Positions 23,777 through 38,700 of a stretch of DNA of 64,000 nucleotides are shown here, one piece after another. Each line of letters starts with the position of its first letter. The stretch's first letter is position 1. The notes under the pieces are model-generated. The model ran no database searches and was not told where the DNA came from. It saw only the letters and a list, made by a program, of their open reading frames with translations. This stretch comes from Antedon mediterranea (taxonomy: Eukaryota; Animalia; Echinodermata). A program made the position numbers and the translations under genes. The stretch is taken from contig NC_092672.1 in the NCBI RefSeq assembly GCF_964355755.1, positions 7,006,001 to 7,070,000 on the forward strand, in the 5' to 3' direction.

Positions 23777-26700
23777 GTTCGTTTATTATTTGTATAGCTC
23801 TTTTTACATCATCATCATTAACATCATTAAAACCATGCTGTGGGTTTTTATGAAGCCTACACTGTATGCTACAGTTGGCCTTTATTATTAGGTGATGATT
23901 TAATTCATTAACAGCTGGACAGATTGTATGTGTAACATACTTCTTTCATTCAGATTCAGCATTATTCTTCTTCTTCTTCTTTTTTTTCTTCTTCTTCTTC
24001 TTCTTCAAGATGTTGCATTCAATTGCGGAACGTATCCCTCCTCCAAATCTCTTCATTTACTTCTCTCGTTTGCTATTCTGAACCAGTTTCATATTTATCA
24101 TCTCGATCCGTCTCAGTTTGGGTTTTCTCTTTTCCTTGATTGCCAAAGCAAACTCCTACTTGTCCATCTATTATCACGCAGTCTTGCAACGTGGCCTGTC
24201 CATCTCCAATTATTTTTAACAACTAGGTGGTACGCTCAGATGGTTCTCACATAGTAAACTCAGCGTAAAAAACTGGCGATTTCAAATGTACGTGCCACAG
24301 GACTATAAAATACATGTTTAGAGAAACGAATAAATAGACACGGTGATTCGTATGTAGTCAACTAAAATTAGCACCTGGGGAATACTTCCAAAAGAGAAAC
24401 TTGTCACAAAATTAGTTCAACTTTTTGAGTGTGTTTTGTGAAGGATGGTGAAAAGGATGGGTGCAAAGAGAAACAATGTTTAAATAAATGAATTTATCCT
24501 CTCAGTAACGAAATAAGTTTTACAAATAATATACCACTAAACACAGTAAGACATAATTTGTTAAAACTGTCACTGTCATAGTCGATTGAAATAGTAAAGT
24601 TCATGTAACGATACACCACTACGACGTTTATATTTGTGTAATTATTAATTAATACAAACGTTGAGAAGCAACTATCAGTAATAAAGTACCCACACTCACA
24701 GTAAGAAATTTGCGATTCAAATGGCGATCAAAAATATACCTAAAGTTTATACCCCAAGGGCCCATAAATGTACCTACTTGTGTTATACCAAATAGTTATA
24801 CTGGGAGATTGAGAGATTGGCATGTTCCATTTATCGCTAAGCAATACGTTTGTGTAAAATATTAAATCTATCAAAATAGTTTTTTTAAAGAAAATCGGCT
24901 TTTCTTCAACATTATGATTCTATCCTCGAGCTGTTTAACCAATTTTCAACTATTAAAACAATTATCGTAGATAGATAATGCCAAACATCCTCGTATTATT
25001 GTGTACCGGTATTTTTCAGCATCTAAATCCATTTGACAGTGTATACCACGATCGGAAAACACCCTTATTTGGGGAAAATCGTAAAACCCCAATTCGTTTT
25101 AATCGTCAATAAATAATTATCTAACTCAATAATTAGTAAACAGGGTTACACATCAGGTGGTTAAAAAATAGTGCCGAACGTACGAATTTATATACCATCG
25201 AGTAAAAATTCTAGAAGTAACGCACGATTTACCGAATTTTGCCTTTACGTAAATTTATTATAATATATTTTTTAATCTTTCTAATTAACTGATCTATATT
25301 GCTATCCTTTTTCGTTTCTTTTAGATTCAACTTTGTATCCAGATCCAGTCACCACATATCCAGATACAACCTCATATCCACATACAACCTCGTATCCAGA
25401 TAGAACCTTATATCCAGATTCAACCTCATATCCAGAATCAACCTCATATCCAGATACAACCTCATATTCAGATACAACCTTGTATCCAGATACAAAGTTA
25501 TATCTAGAAACAACCTCGAATCCGGATTCAACCTCATATCCAGATACAAAGTTATATCTAGATACAACCTCAAATCCAGATTCAAGCTCATATCTAGATT
25601 CAACCTCGTATCCCGATTCAACCATAGCCTTATATCCAGATTCAACCTCGAATCCAGATTCAACCTTAGCTTTATATCCAGATACAACCTCATATCCAGA
25701 TTCAACCTCATATCCACATTCTACCTCATATCCAGATACAACCTCATATCCAGATTCAACCTCATACCCAGATTCCACATCATATCCATATTCAACATTA
25801 GCCCTATATCATCCAGATACAACCTCATATTCAGATTCAACCTTAGCCTTATATTCAGATACAACTTCATATTCAGATTCAACCTCATATCCACATTCTA
25901 TCTCATATCTAGATTCCACCTCATATCCAGATTCAACATTAGTCATATATCCAGATTCAACCTTATATTCTGATTCAACATCGTCCGAATATTTTTACTG
26001 TGAGTGTAACGAATATTATTGATTTTGCAGTTCAGCTATAGTATACAAATAATGAATGTTTATGAGTGTAATGATACAAATAATGGCATGAGGTGAATGA
26101 TGAAAGGTTATATGAACGAGGCAACGCCGAGTTGATATAACCTTTCATCATTCACCAAATGCCATTATTTGTACCATTACACGAATATTAAACATTCATT
26201 ATTTGTTTTATATAACATCTAAATAGATTCCTGTCATTTGAATCAAATATGAGCTAGCCCTAGACAAGAGGCCTACATTTCATTCAGATTGATTAAAACA
26301 GTAACATTTGTTTTTTAATTTTATAATATTAAATGTTATATTTATATGGATTTTATAAACACACCTACTTTAGTGTTAATTATGTCAACAAACGACCAAA
26401 CAATCCTATGCCTAGCAAGGCTAAAACGACTAGGATAGGCCTAGCCTAATACTAACAGGCCTAGCTAGGCTAGACCTAGTACTACTACTACTCTAGTAGG
26501 CCTAGGCCTAGTACTAGATTGGCTGAAAGGCAAACTTCGACAGACAATTGGAACTTATCTTGGCTAATTATGGTTTTTCCAACGTCTTGTAGGGATGTCC
26601 CCATTAAATTCTAAAAACGATCTAAAGCTAATTTAAATGCCTTTTTGAATGAAATTAGTACATATAGGCCTATCTCCAAATCGTACACAAAAATCTGCTG

Positions 26701-29700
26701 CTGTTGCATATCTCGCGGTGGTGTTTACAAATAACAGAGGCAGGACGACCGGTGGCGCTGTTGTATTTCAATGTAGTTTTTGTATTCTAAATTTTTTTTC
26801 ATCCGCGAAACGTTTTTTGTTTTCCGTACACAAAATGTTTAAAAAAGTACTATTAAACGATCGTTTAATAGTGCGTACTATTGCATGCCATGTGACCCAC
26901 AATCGTCCAATCAAATGACAGGAATTTATTTAGGTGTTATATAATATCAATTATTGAATTGTTATGATTATTAAACCAGTTATGATCATCTTTTGGCACA
27001 CTGTAGTAATCAGGCTGCATCAATAATAATTGTAATAATTCATTTGGTTTAATATAATCATTTTTCCTACCATTGTAACATTTGTCATTGTCAATTGTTT
27101 GCAAGATGGATTTATAACTCTTGTTGGTGGCAATGTAAGAAGAGAAGGTCGCATTCAACTGGGAGGTTATATTTTTGGTACTGTTTGTTCTATTGGTTGG
27201 ACCGAAGCTGATGCTTCATTAGTCTGTGAGAGTCTTGGTTATGAAGGTGTTGAAGAACATTTAGTGCATAGATTCGGAGAAGGAACTGGGAAAATTTGGT
27301 CGAATATTAGTGGTTGTATTGGAGATCCTACGTGTACTCCAACGGATTCAACGGAAGATCCACAATGCACTCATGCAAATGATGTCGGGATAGTATGTTC
27401 ACCTTGTAAGTAAACAGGGAGATTTGTTACGACTAACCTAGGCCAGGTCAACCGATGTGTCGGCGGTCGTCGCCTGAACCCAGAATCCGTCAAATCTGTG
27501 TCGAGGTGGGGATCGCGGAAACACGTCCAAATAATTTCCTCATGTGCACAATCGAAAGCTTCTAATATTAAATTGTAATTTCAGAAATCATGTGTGAACC
27601 ACTTTGAAGCTTAATAACAAACGCTTCAACTTGTTTACCCCTTTTTTTAAAGTGACAATTCGACTTGATGGTGGTGAGAATCGGAATGAAGGGCGTGTAG
27701 AGTTCAATTATTTTGGTAAGTTTTCAACAATAAGGGATCTACATATCACCGAAGCCGACGTCATTTGTCGTTCGCTTGACTTTCCTTCTGCTGTGTTCTC
27801 GGATTGCTGTGGAATCTATGGTACTGCTTTTGACTTGCCTTCTTATTATGTCGAATGTGGGGGAAATGAGAAAGATTTATCTGGATGTTTGATGTATGCT
27901 TCTTATGATATTGATCAACAGTCTGGGATTAGATGTTCAACTGGTAAGAAAATGCAATGCAACATTTTTTGTTATTACAGTATATATATTTAAAGGTATC
28001 TGATGAGTTTAGAATTTCTTTTAAATATGTTAACATTTTCAACAAATTTAACCTGCACTGGTTATGTCAATGATAGTAAATGTATGACCATTATGACACA
28101 TTTACAACTAATAGTATTTTCTTATAAAGATTTAGTTTATATAAAGTCTTATTTCACAATATATTATTATAATACCAGCTCCTTAATTTTAGTACTGGGC
28201 CTACATCTGTATCAAAATGACGGAGAGAAGATTCTGGGTGACAATTATTATAGAGATAAACTGATAGATAGATAGATAGGCCTATTTTAAATATTAATTT
28301 ATCTTTTAATAGTGGTTATGATATTTCCTCAGATGGCGTAAGATTAACGGGACAGTTTGAATCAGACGGACTACTTGAAATCTTCACAAGCTCTGCGTGG
28401 CATAAAGTATGTTCGGTTGATTTTAACATTAAAGTTGGCGAAGTAATCTGCAGTCAACTCAACTTTGACGGTGTTTTAAATGTCACTGACATTGACAGTG
28501 ACAACGGAACAACAACCATACGAGAAATTAGTTGCACAGGAATGGAAATTAGATTTGAAGAATGCTCTTTCAATATTGTGCCTGAACAAATGTGCACAAG
28601 TTTTGTGAAGCTGTCATGCATTAGAAGTAAGCAACACGTACAAAGATACAGACAGTAATAAGCAGGGAAACAACATGGAGTCGATTTAGGGGCGTGTTAT
28701 GTAGGGTCATTTTTAAATTATCCTCTATGCAGTACAAATCTCAACACATTTATGTTATACAAACATTGATTATGCAATAGACTTCTGTAGTCTAGTCTGT
28801 ATTTTTTTTTTGTTAATCCACCGGTGGTTTAATTTTTGTCTGAACAAATTCGAGTAGTATATATATATATATATATATCGGTATATTTATTCAAAATTCA
28901 CATACAAATTACATACATGGCAGCACATGGCTGAATTGCATATGTATTACATTATAAAAACTATTTAAACTATAATCACTATCAACAAAACATACATATA
29001 TAAAAACGAATAAATTAGACTGCAGTTACCTCAAATAATACAAGCAAAAAAAAAAAATTACAGTTTGTTCAAAAGTTCAACCATAAAAGGGACAGGACTA
29101 GTTTGGAAACGTTTTGTTTTATAACTATAGTTTTCCACTTTACGATTATGTCTAAGGGTCATGCAGGATCTATACTGAGGGGCAGGGAACCAGGTGGAGA
29201 ATTGACCAGAGGCGTGTGCTTTAGAGGCAAAAACCTTGCAAGAGTGCCATCTTCTTGTGTGGAGTGGTTGAAGATTTAAAATGGCAAGAGAATCCGAGTA
29301 TGTTGTATACTCATTGCCCAACACAATCTTGCAGACACGCTTCTGAATCTTTTCCACCTGATTCACCTGTCCCTGCGTAAGACCTGCATACCACAAAGGG
29401 GCTGCATACTCAAGCACCGGTCTCAGATAACCTTTATAAACAGAAATAAGTTCATTCATCTTTTACCAATATTATATTCAGCCTATAACCAAGACATTTT
29501 ACATTAGAATGTCTACTTTGGACACCCATATTTAGATCTTTTCAGAAAACATCATTTTGGTTAACTCATGCGCGAACATGTCTAGTAAACAAACTTTTTA
29601 AATAATTAGTATAAATATGAAACGCCATGTGTGCCAAAATATGTATCTTTTACCAATATTATATTCAGCCTATAACCAAGACATTTTACATTAGAATGTC

Positions 29701-32700
29701 TACTTTAGACACCCATATTTAGATCTTTTCAGAAAACATCCTTTTTAGAGGAAACCTCTTTTTTGGCCTACACGTAAAACGAGGGACAGAAATTGTGTAT
29801 TACTAGCCTACAGACTCTCTATTGAGTCTCGAAAGTTTCCCTTTAATATTTGTCCACTGTTGTAAACATAAGACATTCTTCATCCAGCTACAACATTTTT
29901 AGTAGTGTTTTCCAATATACATGAGAATGTATATGACCTTTAATCAACAAAATATTGTTTCCTTGACAGAAAAAAATGTTTTAATAATGCAATACTGCAG
30001 CTAATAATCGTAGGCCATTTGTCTATAATAATTTGTATTAATAATATTTACAGGTGGATCAAGATTTGCTGATGGGTATACTAGGAACTCGGGGTATGCG
30101 CAGGCATATATAACTAGTAAATGGAATTATATTTGCGACAGTGAAAGAAGAGTTACTGAGTTTATCTGCTTACAGAAGCAATCAACTGGTGTTGACTTAG
30201 TACGAAACCAATACCTATTCTACGATTTTGATGATGAATACGCCGATTGTGACATCACACCTGAAAACAGTCTACAATGTAATCAAACCTCGGTTGATTG
30301 TTTTACTTTTTATCTTATTTACACGGAATGCTCAACAGGTATGGTATTTGATTGTTTTGTGTGCCATTCCGAAGTCCAAATCCTTCCTCTAATTTAAGCT
30401 TGGTTAACTCATGCGCGAACATGTCTAGTAAACACAAATAAATAAATCCTAAAAAAATATAAATGTTGAATTTTGTTATTGTTTCTTTTGCCTATCTGGA
30501 TATTGAATTATTTCTTCAAAATACCAAACTAAACATTTTGGCAAATTTTAGCCTAATACAGGTAAAATTAGCAATAGAAGTGACGGTACAAATCTTTTGT
30601 ATGTTAACAACAGTGAAAACTCATAAGCCATGCACTTGTGACGTAACAGAAATTTACGACGAATGGCTGTACGGCGAGCACGCGCGGCGATATCGTAAAT
30701 CTCGTGATTGTTCTGAAATCATATGTACATCCCTAATACGTTGTTAAAATATGGTTCTCGGTCAAGTTGTTCTTTAATGTTCGGATTAATATTTTTCAAT
30801 AACTGCTTTAAAATCAGAACGTTCATCCATAATATTTGTCATGGTCATCCGCATTATTACCATGCTGTCCGTCAATTTTAAGCCTCTGATAACAAATACA
30901 GTATAATGTCATTATAACGATAATCATCTTGTTATAATACACACTGGTCTCTGTGCCATGAACCTCGAGTACAAATCCCTCGTTCTCCGTATTTATGCCA
31001 TTTGGGGATTACGTCATTATTTAATCACGAGGTTCATGGCACAGAGACCAGTGTGTATTATAACAAGATGATTATCGTTATATTGTATTTGTCTGAGTTA
31101 CTCTCCGCTATTGAAAATATATATTTCAATAGCGGAGAGTAACTCATTTGTTATAAATATAAGCTTATGAGATAATAATAATGTACTGCAATTTTATTTA
31201 GATGTTGTACGAATCAAGGGAGGAGGTCATCGTGGATTTGTTCAAATCTTCAAAGATGGTAAATGGAATTATATTTGCAGTGAAAACTGGAATGTTCAGA
31301 CTACTGAGCTTGCTTGTAAAGAACTCAACTTTGGCTCCACTTCTACAGTGACTGGTGTTGGTGTAAACACAACCACTGTAGTACCCGATGCTCAGATCAT
31401 TATGTGTGATGGAAGTGAATCGAGTTTGCTGAATTGTCAATTTGATACCAACATGCAATGTAAACGTCATGCTGTACAAGTCACGTGTTCTGAGGGTGAT
31501 AATTTGTGATATTTTGCTACACGACTATTGTACTATTATTGTATTATTTTTGTATAAATTAATTAAATTTGTCTAGACCTATCCATATTATTTACTTATT
31601 TACTGTCACACTCGTACCATGTTGATGATAAGGAGTATGGGTATTTAGCAAGAATAGGATTACCTGTAGTAACTAGTGCTGATAAGTAACGACATATTTA
31701 TTTTATCTTAATATACAGTTGGTATACGTCTTAGAGGATCGCCAGTAAAGCATGCTGGTCGGGTGGAAATATACAACAACAATCAGTGGTGGACGGTTTG
31801 CGATGATTATTGGGATACCAATGACGCGAACGTGGCATGCATTATGTCGGGTTATACTGGAGCCACCAGAGGGTATCGCGAGGCAGCGTTTGGTGAAGGG
31901 GTTGGTCCTATTTTGCGCTATGATTTTTTTTGTGACGGTGATGAAGACGACTTATTTGATTGCCCATTTGGTACACATTTCGATGGATTCTGTTCACATT
32001 ACGAAGATGCAGGAGTGATTTGTTCTACAGGTACGTTTCAGATCTTTGTATATGTGTACCAAAATAATCCAAAGGCATAAGACCGTAAAGGAGTATGACT
32101 GGGTTTACATGCAAAATTCACACATTTTATACTTTTTATACTATAAAAAAAACACTACAAGACCTTGAGAGCTTATCGAAACATCCCGTCTTAATGTATG
32201 CCCTTTCACGGAATCGTCGAGTAATTGATTTTATTGTGTGCCGTGATTGTAATTTTTAAGATTAATTAAAGTGAATGTTTTCTTCCCTTTAACAGATATA
32301 ATTCGTCTTTCTGATGGAAGCCCATCTGCTGGTAGGGTTGAACTATTTATCAATGGCCAATGGGGAACGATTTGTGACGATAACTGGGACATAAATGATG
32401 CCAATGTTGTTTGCCAACAATTAGGCTTTGTCCGAGCTTCTAACGCATACGACAAGGCTAGATTTGGTCCTGGCAAAGGTCCAATACATTTTGATGAAGT
32501 TCAGTGTGCGGGAAACGAAACTGATATCTTACTGTGTAACACTAAAAGTATTCATGATTGTGAACATTCTGAAGACGCAGCGGTGTCCTGTGTTTCTGGT
32601 AAATATTGAACAAAATATATAAGTTTGGGTTTTTTTTTCACAGTAGATTTTCCGTCAGGTTGGGTATCTTTTTTCTAGTCAGACGAATATGTGGTGAATA

Positions 32701-35700
32701 TTAATTTACAACATTTTGTTGTTTCATATTTTTTTTTGGACCAATTAGTTTTGGCGAGTTAAGCTGTGACCGAGTTTACTTGGGCCGAGTTGCCTTGGGG
32801 TCGAGTTATGTATGGTATAATAGATGATTAAATATCAAATTACTTTCATCAATACGTAAAGCAATAGCGAGTATATAGGCCTAACCATTAATTGACGCTC
32901 CGTTTATAAGAATCAACCTTAGTTCATTGTTGTATTATTTGTCTAATTTAGATTCATTTGTTACTCCAGCATGGTTAAAACCATTTAACAGTATTCAGAC
33001 GAAAGGTAAGTTAGCATAAGGTCAGTAATAATAAAGTAAATGTTATATTAATGAACAACAATAAGAATTATTATTCACATCTGTTCCAACATATTTTTCA
33101 TATTCTATAACATACTCATTTTATATTTATTTTCCAAAAGAAATGAAAATGGATAAGAATACAAGCAAAAGCATAAGTTTATAGAATAAGATAAAATGAA
33201 GCGATAATATTCACAGTAATAAACATAAACAAAAGAAAAGTAAAACATTTAATTTTACAAAATAAAAATAGCTTCTTTGAAACAAGCTTAGAAATGTTAG
33301 ACGATACCAATTTTGTTGAAAGAGCTATAGTGTAAAAACGGAGTATCTATCAGAGATCTTTATCAACTGACTGCTTGTTGAATCCAATAGATTCAGAACC
33401 AGTTACAGAATAGAATTCTTGGTAATTTAAATTAAGCGAATCAGCAAATCACCCATCATAAATATTGAATATTCAACAAAGTGTTCAATTTTTGTTTGCA
33501 GGTTGTAAAGACTATTGGTTTCAAAACGATAATTCTTGTCTAACAGTTATACATACAGAGTATAGTACTACGCTTTCCGAATTGTCTTGTCCAGAAGGAT
33601 CGTCAGTTCTTTCAGTAGACACAGAAGTAGGAATGTTTAGAGAATATCTTCGAATACTCTATTACTATTATGAAGAAATCACTCTTCAGGTATATCTTTG
33701 GCAAGATGGTGAATCAGAAATGTGCACCTTTTTAAATCTTACTGGTAGTACTGGAGTGGGCCTAACATGGGCTATGATTAATGTACCGACAATACAATGT
33801 AACTACGTCGATGCTTATGTATGTAAAATGGATATTGAAGGTACAGTAATTATAATGTCACTATGGCATTGTTCATTTGTATATTAATCATCTACTGATG
33901 ATAATATTATTATTAATATTAAGTCGAGGTATGTGGTTATCACGTGTTCAACAAAATTCTATAGAAAGAGGTTCAGTACAACATACAGTATTTTTTAAAT
34001 ATACACCATCACATACCTAACATTTTAAAGTATTTATTAAATTTAAATTTTAGATCAATCTCAAACATGTTCAAGCAATCAATTCAGATGTTTATCTGGC
34101 GCTTGTATTCTAAAATCGTTACAATGTGACGGAAACTTCGATTGCCCTGACAACAGCGATGAAGATGAACAATGTATTCAAGGTAATATAGTAGGCCTAT
34201 ATCAGTATTACTCTCGAGATATTCTCGTGTATTTCACGGTGGGATTTCGCGACGTATGCATCTGAAGGGAATTCTTTCTTCTGCGCAGACAAAAATGTAT
34301 AGGCCGAATGAAGATAGTTACCACCGGTAAAGTACTATAGGCCAGGAGTGAGTAGTTCTTCTTTAGAAGAATGGCTATAGCCTAGGCTTCGCATATTTCA
34401 TATGTATCAATATTATTGCGGGTTTTCTTATTTTAGAGTGTTTCGATTCGTTGGACGGCCACGACTATCGAGGGACAAAGAACAAGACAACAAATGGAAT
34501 ACGTTGTATAAAATGGACAAGTAATTTTAAAGGAACTGATGCGATATATCCAGTAGATTACATTGGAAAAGGTATTGGTGATCACAACTTTTGTCGGAAT
34601 CCAAACGGAAGACAACAGCCATGGTGTTATACAGAGGATTTTTATGAAGTAGAAGATTGTGAAATTCCAGTTTGTGGTAAAGAAATGGATATCAGAGTTG
34701 TTTACCATATCATGTTTTTTTTTGTATATTTCGTTGCCTTATAGATGCACCTTGCACTATTTGGGCAAGTGCCACTGTGTGTGTAAAAATAAAAGTGTAA
34801 ACTCCAAATAATAATAGTATTATTATATTGTATACGGTATTCGTTTAAAACAATTAAGGCCATCTCAGAGAGCGTCGTACGACGAGGCCCCCGACGAGTT
34901 GTCTCGAAGAATAAAATAAAATATGTTCTCGCGATGACGACCTAAAACCTACGCTCGACGCACTAACTCCTCAAGACGACTCGTCTCGTCAGGATTCAAC
35001 AATTCAACACCGACGAGTCAAGACGTTTCGTTTCAACAAAACCTATTAATTTTTGGTAACAAGTTGTTTGTAGGCCTACAACTATTTATTTGGTTATAAC
35101 ACAATATCATTTTTTTTTTTTTAGATCAAGTTTCAGATGCAGATTTAAACAATTGTCCAATAACAAGCTTCCAGTGTTTATCAGGTCATTGTATTTCCTA
35201 TTCATTCCGTTGTGACCATAAACTAGACTGCCCAGATAGCTCAGATGAACAAGATTGTAGTAAGTTTATGTTCACATGACTGTTATTGTTATTTTGGATA
35301 AAGATTTGTGCAAAAAACAAAAATAAATAATTGTATACTTTGTTAATAGCGCACCGCATAGTGACTTGTTAGGCGCACTCACTGGACCACTAAGTTCTTT
35401 AAAATGCGCATAATACATGTTTTTTTTTAATGGTAGTATTCAGGAATTGCACCGATGTCGAGTTTTCCTGTGATAATGGACGCTGTTTACAATCTTCATT
35501 GCAATGTAACAGAATTAAAGACTGTTTAGATGGAACAGACGAACTAAAATGTGGTAGGCGGTTTTTCTTGAATAATGTCATAACATTAGCACAACATTTT
35601 ATTGTAAGGGGAGTTTACAGTTGGAGAGATTTGTTGGATTTTACAATGTATTATGCCTCATGTAATGTATACAACAACAAAAGACTGATAGTTTGTAGAT

Positions 35701-38700
35701 ACAAAATGGGAAGATCTTTAATGTATGGAAAATTAGACGTTAAACTAGTCGTTGAAGGTGAAGCCTGGAACGTGCCACACTGCAACTGCAATTGTATTAA
35801 AATAATTTCGCTCGAGCAACAAAAGTGCTCTCTATATCCATTTATTTTTTCTGGTGCCAGTGTCACTTTATAAAGTTATCTTTATCAGGTGAATGCAGCT
35901 CAGGTTTTTTACGATGTAGTGATGGTAAATGTTTGCACCCAAAATTCAAATGTGATCGAATAAGCGATTGTCCGAAAAGAATTGATGAGCCTAATGATTG
36001 CCGTAAGTCGTATCATTCTTTCAACAATCATTAATTGTAATAATCATCAGCAGAATATTAAAATAAATCATCGGGATAAAACCGATAAAATTGTAAATTA
36101 CTATATTGAATGAGATATCTATTAAACTTTACGGCAGAAAATAATAAATAATTTTGAAAAGGGAGATTAAAAAGAAACCTTTTGGTGACGTAACGTTGTA
36201 TTATATGTTATATTATATAAACAGCTTTGTTGGCAGACAAACTAAATACTAATAATTGGTTAACTCTTGTGTTGTCATTCCTATTATAGAATATACTGAT
36301 ACAAAATCGTTATGTAATCAAACAGAGATGGTATGCGAAAATGGCATTTGCATCGATCAGCGTCACCTGTGTCTATTAGACTACGATGTGTATTTAGACG
36401 TTATAACAGGTTGTCGAGATCGTAGTCACTTACAACATTGTGGTGAGTTGAGTTGTTTCATGTGTTGTGCAACGTTCTTGTATGTATTCAATATTATAAT
36501 CATACAACGATCCTGTTTATTCAGGAACGATGGTACTTGGCAAAACGGTATAGTTTAACTTATTCATAATGCGTAATATAAAGGTCTCATTTGCTTTGTT
36601 TTTCGTGCATTTTTCTAGACTTGTCACAAGTTATGAAACGCCATATATGCCTTTTTAAAGTCAAAATGCCTGTAGACCCGAAGACTAGCATATGAATGTA
36701 CTTTCACGTCAATTATTTGTTTATTATAAAAGTGTGGATTATTTAAAGTACGATTATTTTATTATTTATTATGATTACATGTCTTTACCCAGAGTAGCAC
36801 AAACAGTTTAAACTGGTTTACATTTGGGTCCTGCATACAACTTTATACATTGTTACAAACTCAGCAGAGACTTATTTATTAAGATAGATAGATACATCAA
36901 ACAATTTTGATTTGAAGACCCTTACAGAAGACTCGGTTCTCAAATCAACGGGCAAATTGTTCCATATATTGTTCCACTAACACAAGAACTCCCTTTTTTG
37001 CAAACGTTTCTAACGCTTTAAATCATACTTTGTGTCGTGTAGCTTCATTCGAGTGTCCAGCAAACACATACAAATGTCCGAGCTCGTACTGCATAACAAT
37101 CAAAAGCCGATGTGATGGGCGAGATGATTGCGAAAATGGAGAAGATGAACAGTATTGTGAGGATTATAACTGTCCAGGATACTTCAAATGTCAAGATGCG
37201 TCAAATTGTATTTCTCAAGATCTTGTGTGTGATGGCATCAAAGACTGTCTTCGTGGGGATGATGAACTTTTTTGCGGTAAGATGTGATTCAAAATTCAAA
37301 AAATATTAATACTAAATAAATAGAGAATCAGTCATAAAATAAGTAACACAAAGTGTCATCCATGTGTTCTAGATTATTTGGATACGTTGATTTAGGAAAA
37401 AAAGAAACCGTAACTAATTGATCTATTTAAGATTTATACATTGTTGATAGGTGTATGATCCTGATCCTAATTTAACCCTCGGAGAAATATAATAGTCTCC
37501 TAAGAAGTTGTTACTACAGATTTAATTAGTACTATTTAATTTTGTCTTGCTATGATTTTATATATTTTTTCTAATAATACTTACATCTACCAAGAAGTAG
37601 AACGTAAATGTGCGTAAGTTCTACGTGTGTGATGTGAATTACACTTGTGTAATCTAATTGATTTACATTTCCCTTTCTTGCCTAAAATAATAAATTGTTT
37701 AAACTACTTTTTCATTGATAACGTCTGCCATAGATATACAGTGCCCTAACGGGTGTGTCTGCCAGGACCTTTCATACAACTGTCATGGAGTAGAATGGAC
37801 AGCAGAAAAAGCTGCATTAATTTCGCCAGATGTACGATACTTGTAAGTATAATAATTTATATTTTTATATATGTATTGTTTATAAAAAGAAACATTGTTT
37901 CCTTGCACACATAAGTCCATGTATATATATGCACGCGCACACGACACACATACATATACAGTCCATACAAAATTTGTCGCAGCCAATCAGAAGATCAAAG
38001 GACTGTTAGAACTTGGTCCTATTGGCAAGACGAGCTCAACATCATGTTGTTAGATTGCCTTGATATTAAATAAGTTCTTTTTTGTTTTCAGAAATCTAAG
38101 CAATGTATCTATAGTTCCTTCAGAAGACACGGGTGCAGATCTGCTATTCTTAAATCCCAGTATTTTCAAATTTAATTTTGTTTTGTAAGTTAAATTAAAT
38201 AAAAATACACACTAAGCTTGTTTAAATAATATGTATGTCTAGAGATAAAAAAACTATGAGTAGCTGCATTAGTACTTATACAGTATATTCAAGTATTTTG
38301 TTTACACTTGTAGATGTAGTATAACTATTGTGCTTTTTCATGCATTTTCTTTTATAGAGATATCTCTGGAAACAATATAAAGAAACTAACAGGTGAAATG
38401 TTTTATCAGTTAGACCATCTGACAACTCTGTAAGTCAACATCACAATTTAGTACCACATTTACACAGAGTTTTTAAAATTCCAATGGTCGTTGCATCGTC
38501 AATAGACGTAATAGGGGCCCGGTCACAACGCGGCACAATTCAACAAAATAAATGCACCCGATTCTGTGGCTGTTACTAGACTCTCTGTGGAAGACTGTCT
38601 ACCAGATACCTATCTAACTGTATTAAGTACTTTTAATACAAGATATCTCTGACGTCAATAGGTTCCTATCTAGAGACAATGTATAACCTTATAAAAATGT

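Noticed and set aside
25302-25778. Minus-strand (ESGYEV)n and (LDMRLN)n ORFs
   Set aside because: Antisense shadows of the 18-bp coding repeat; splice signals and gene context favour the + strand
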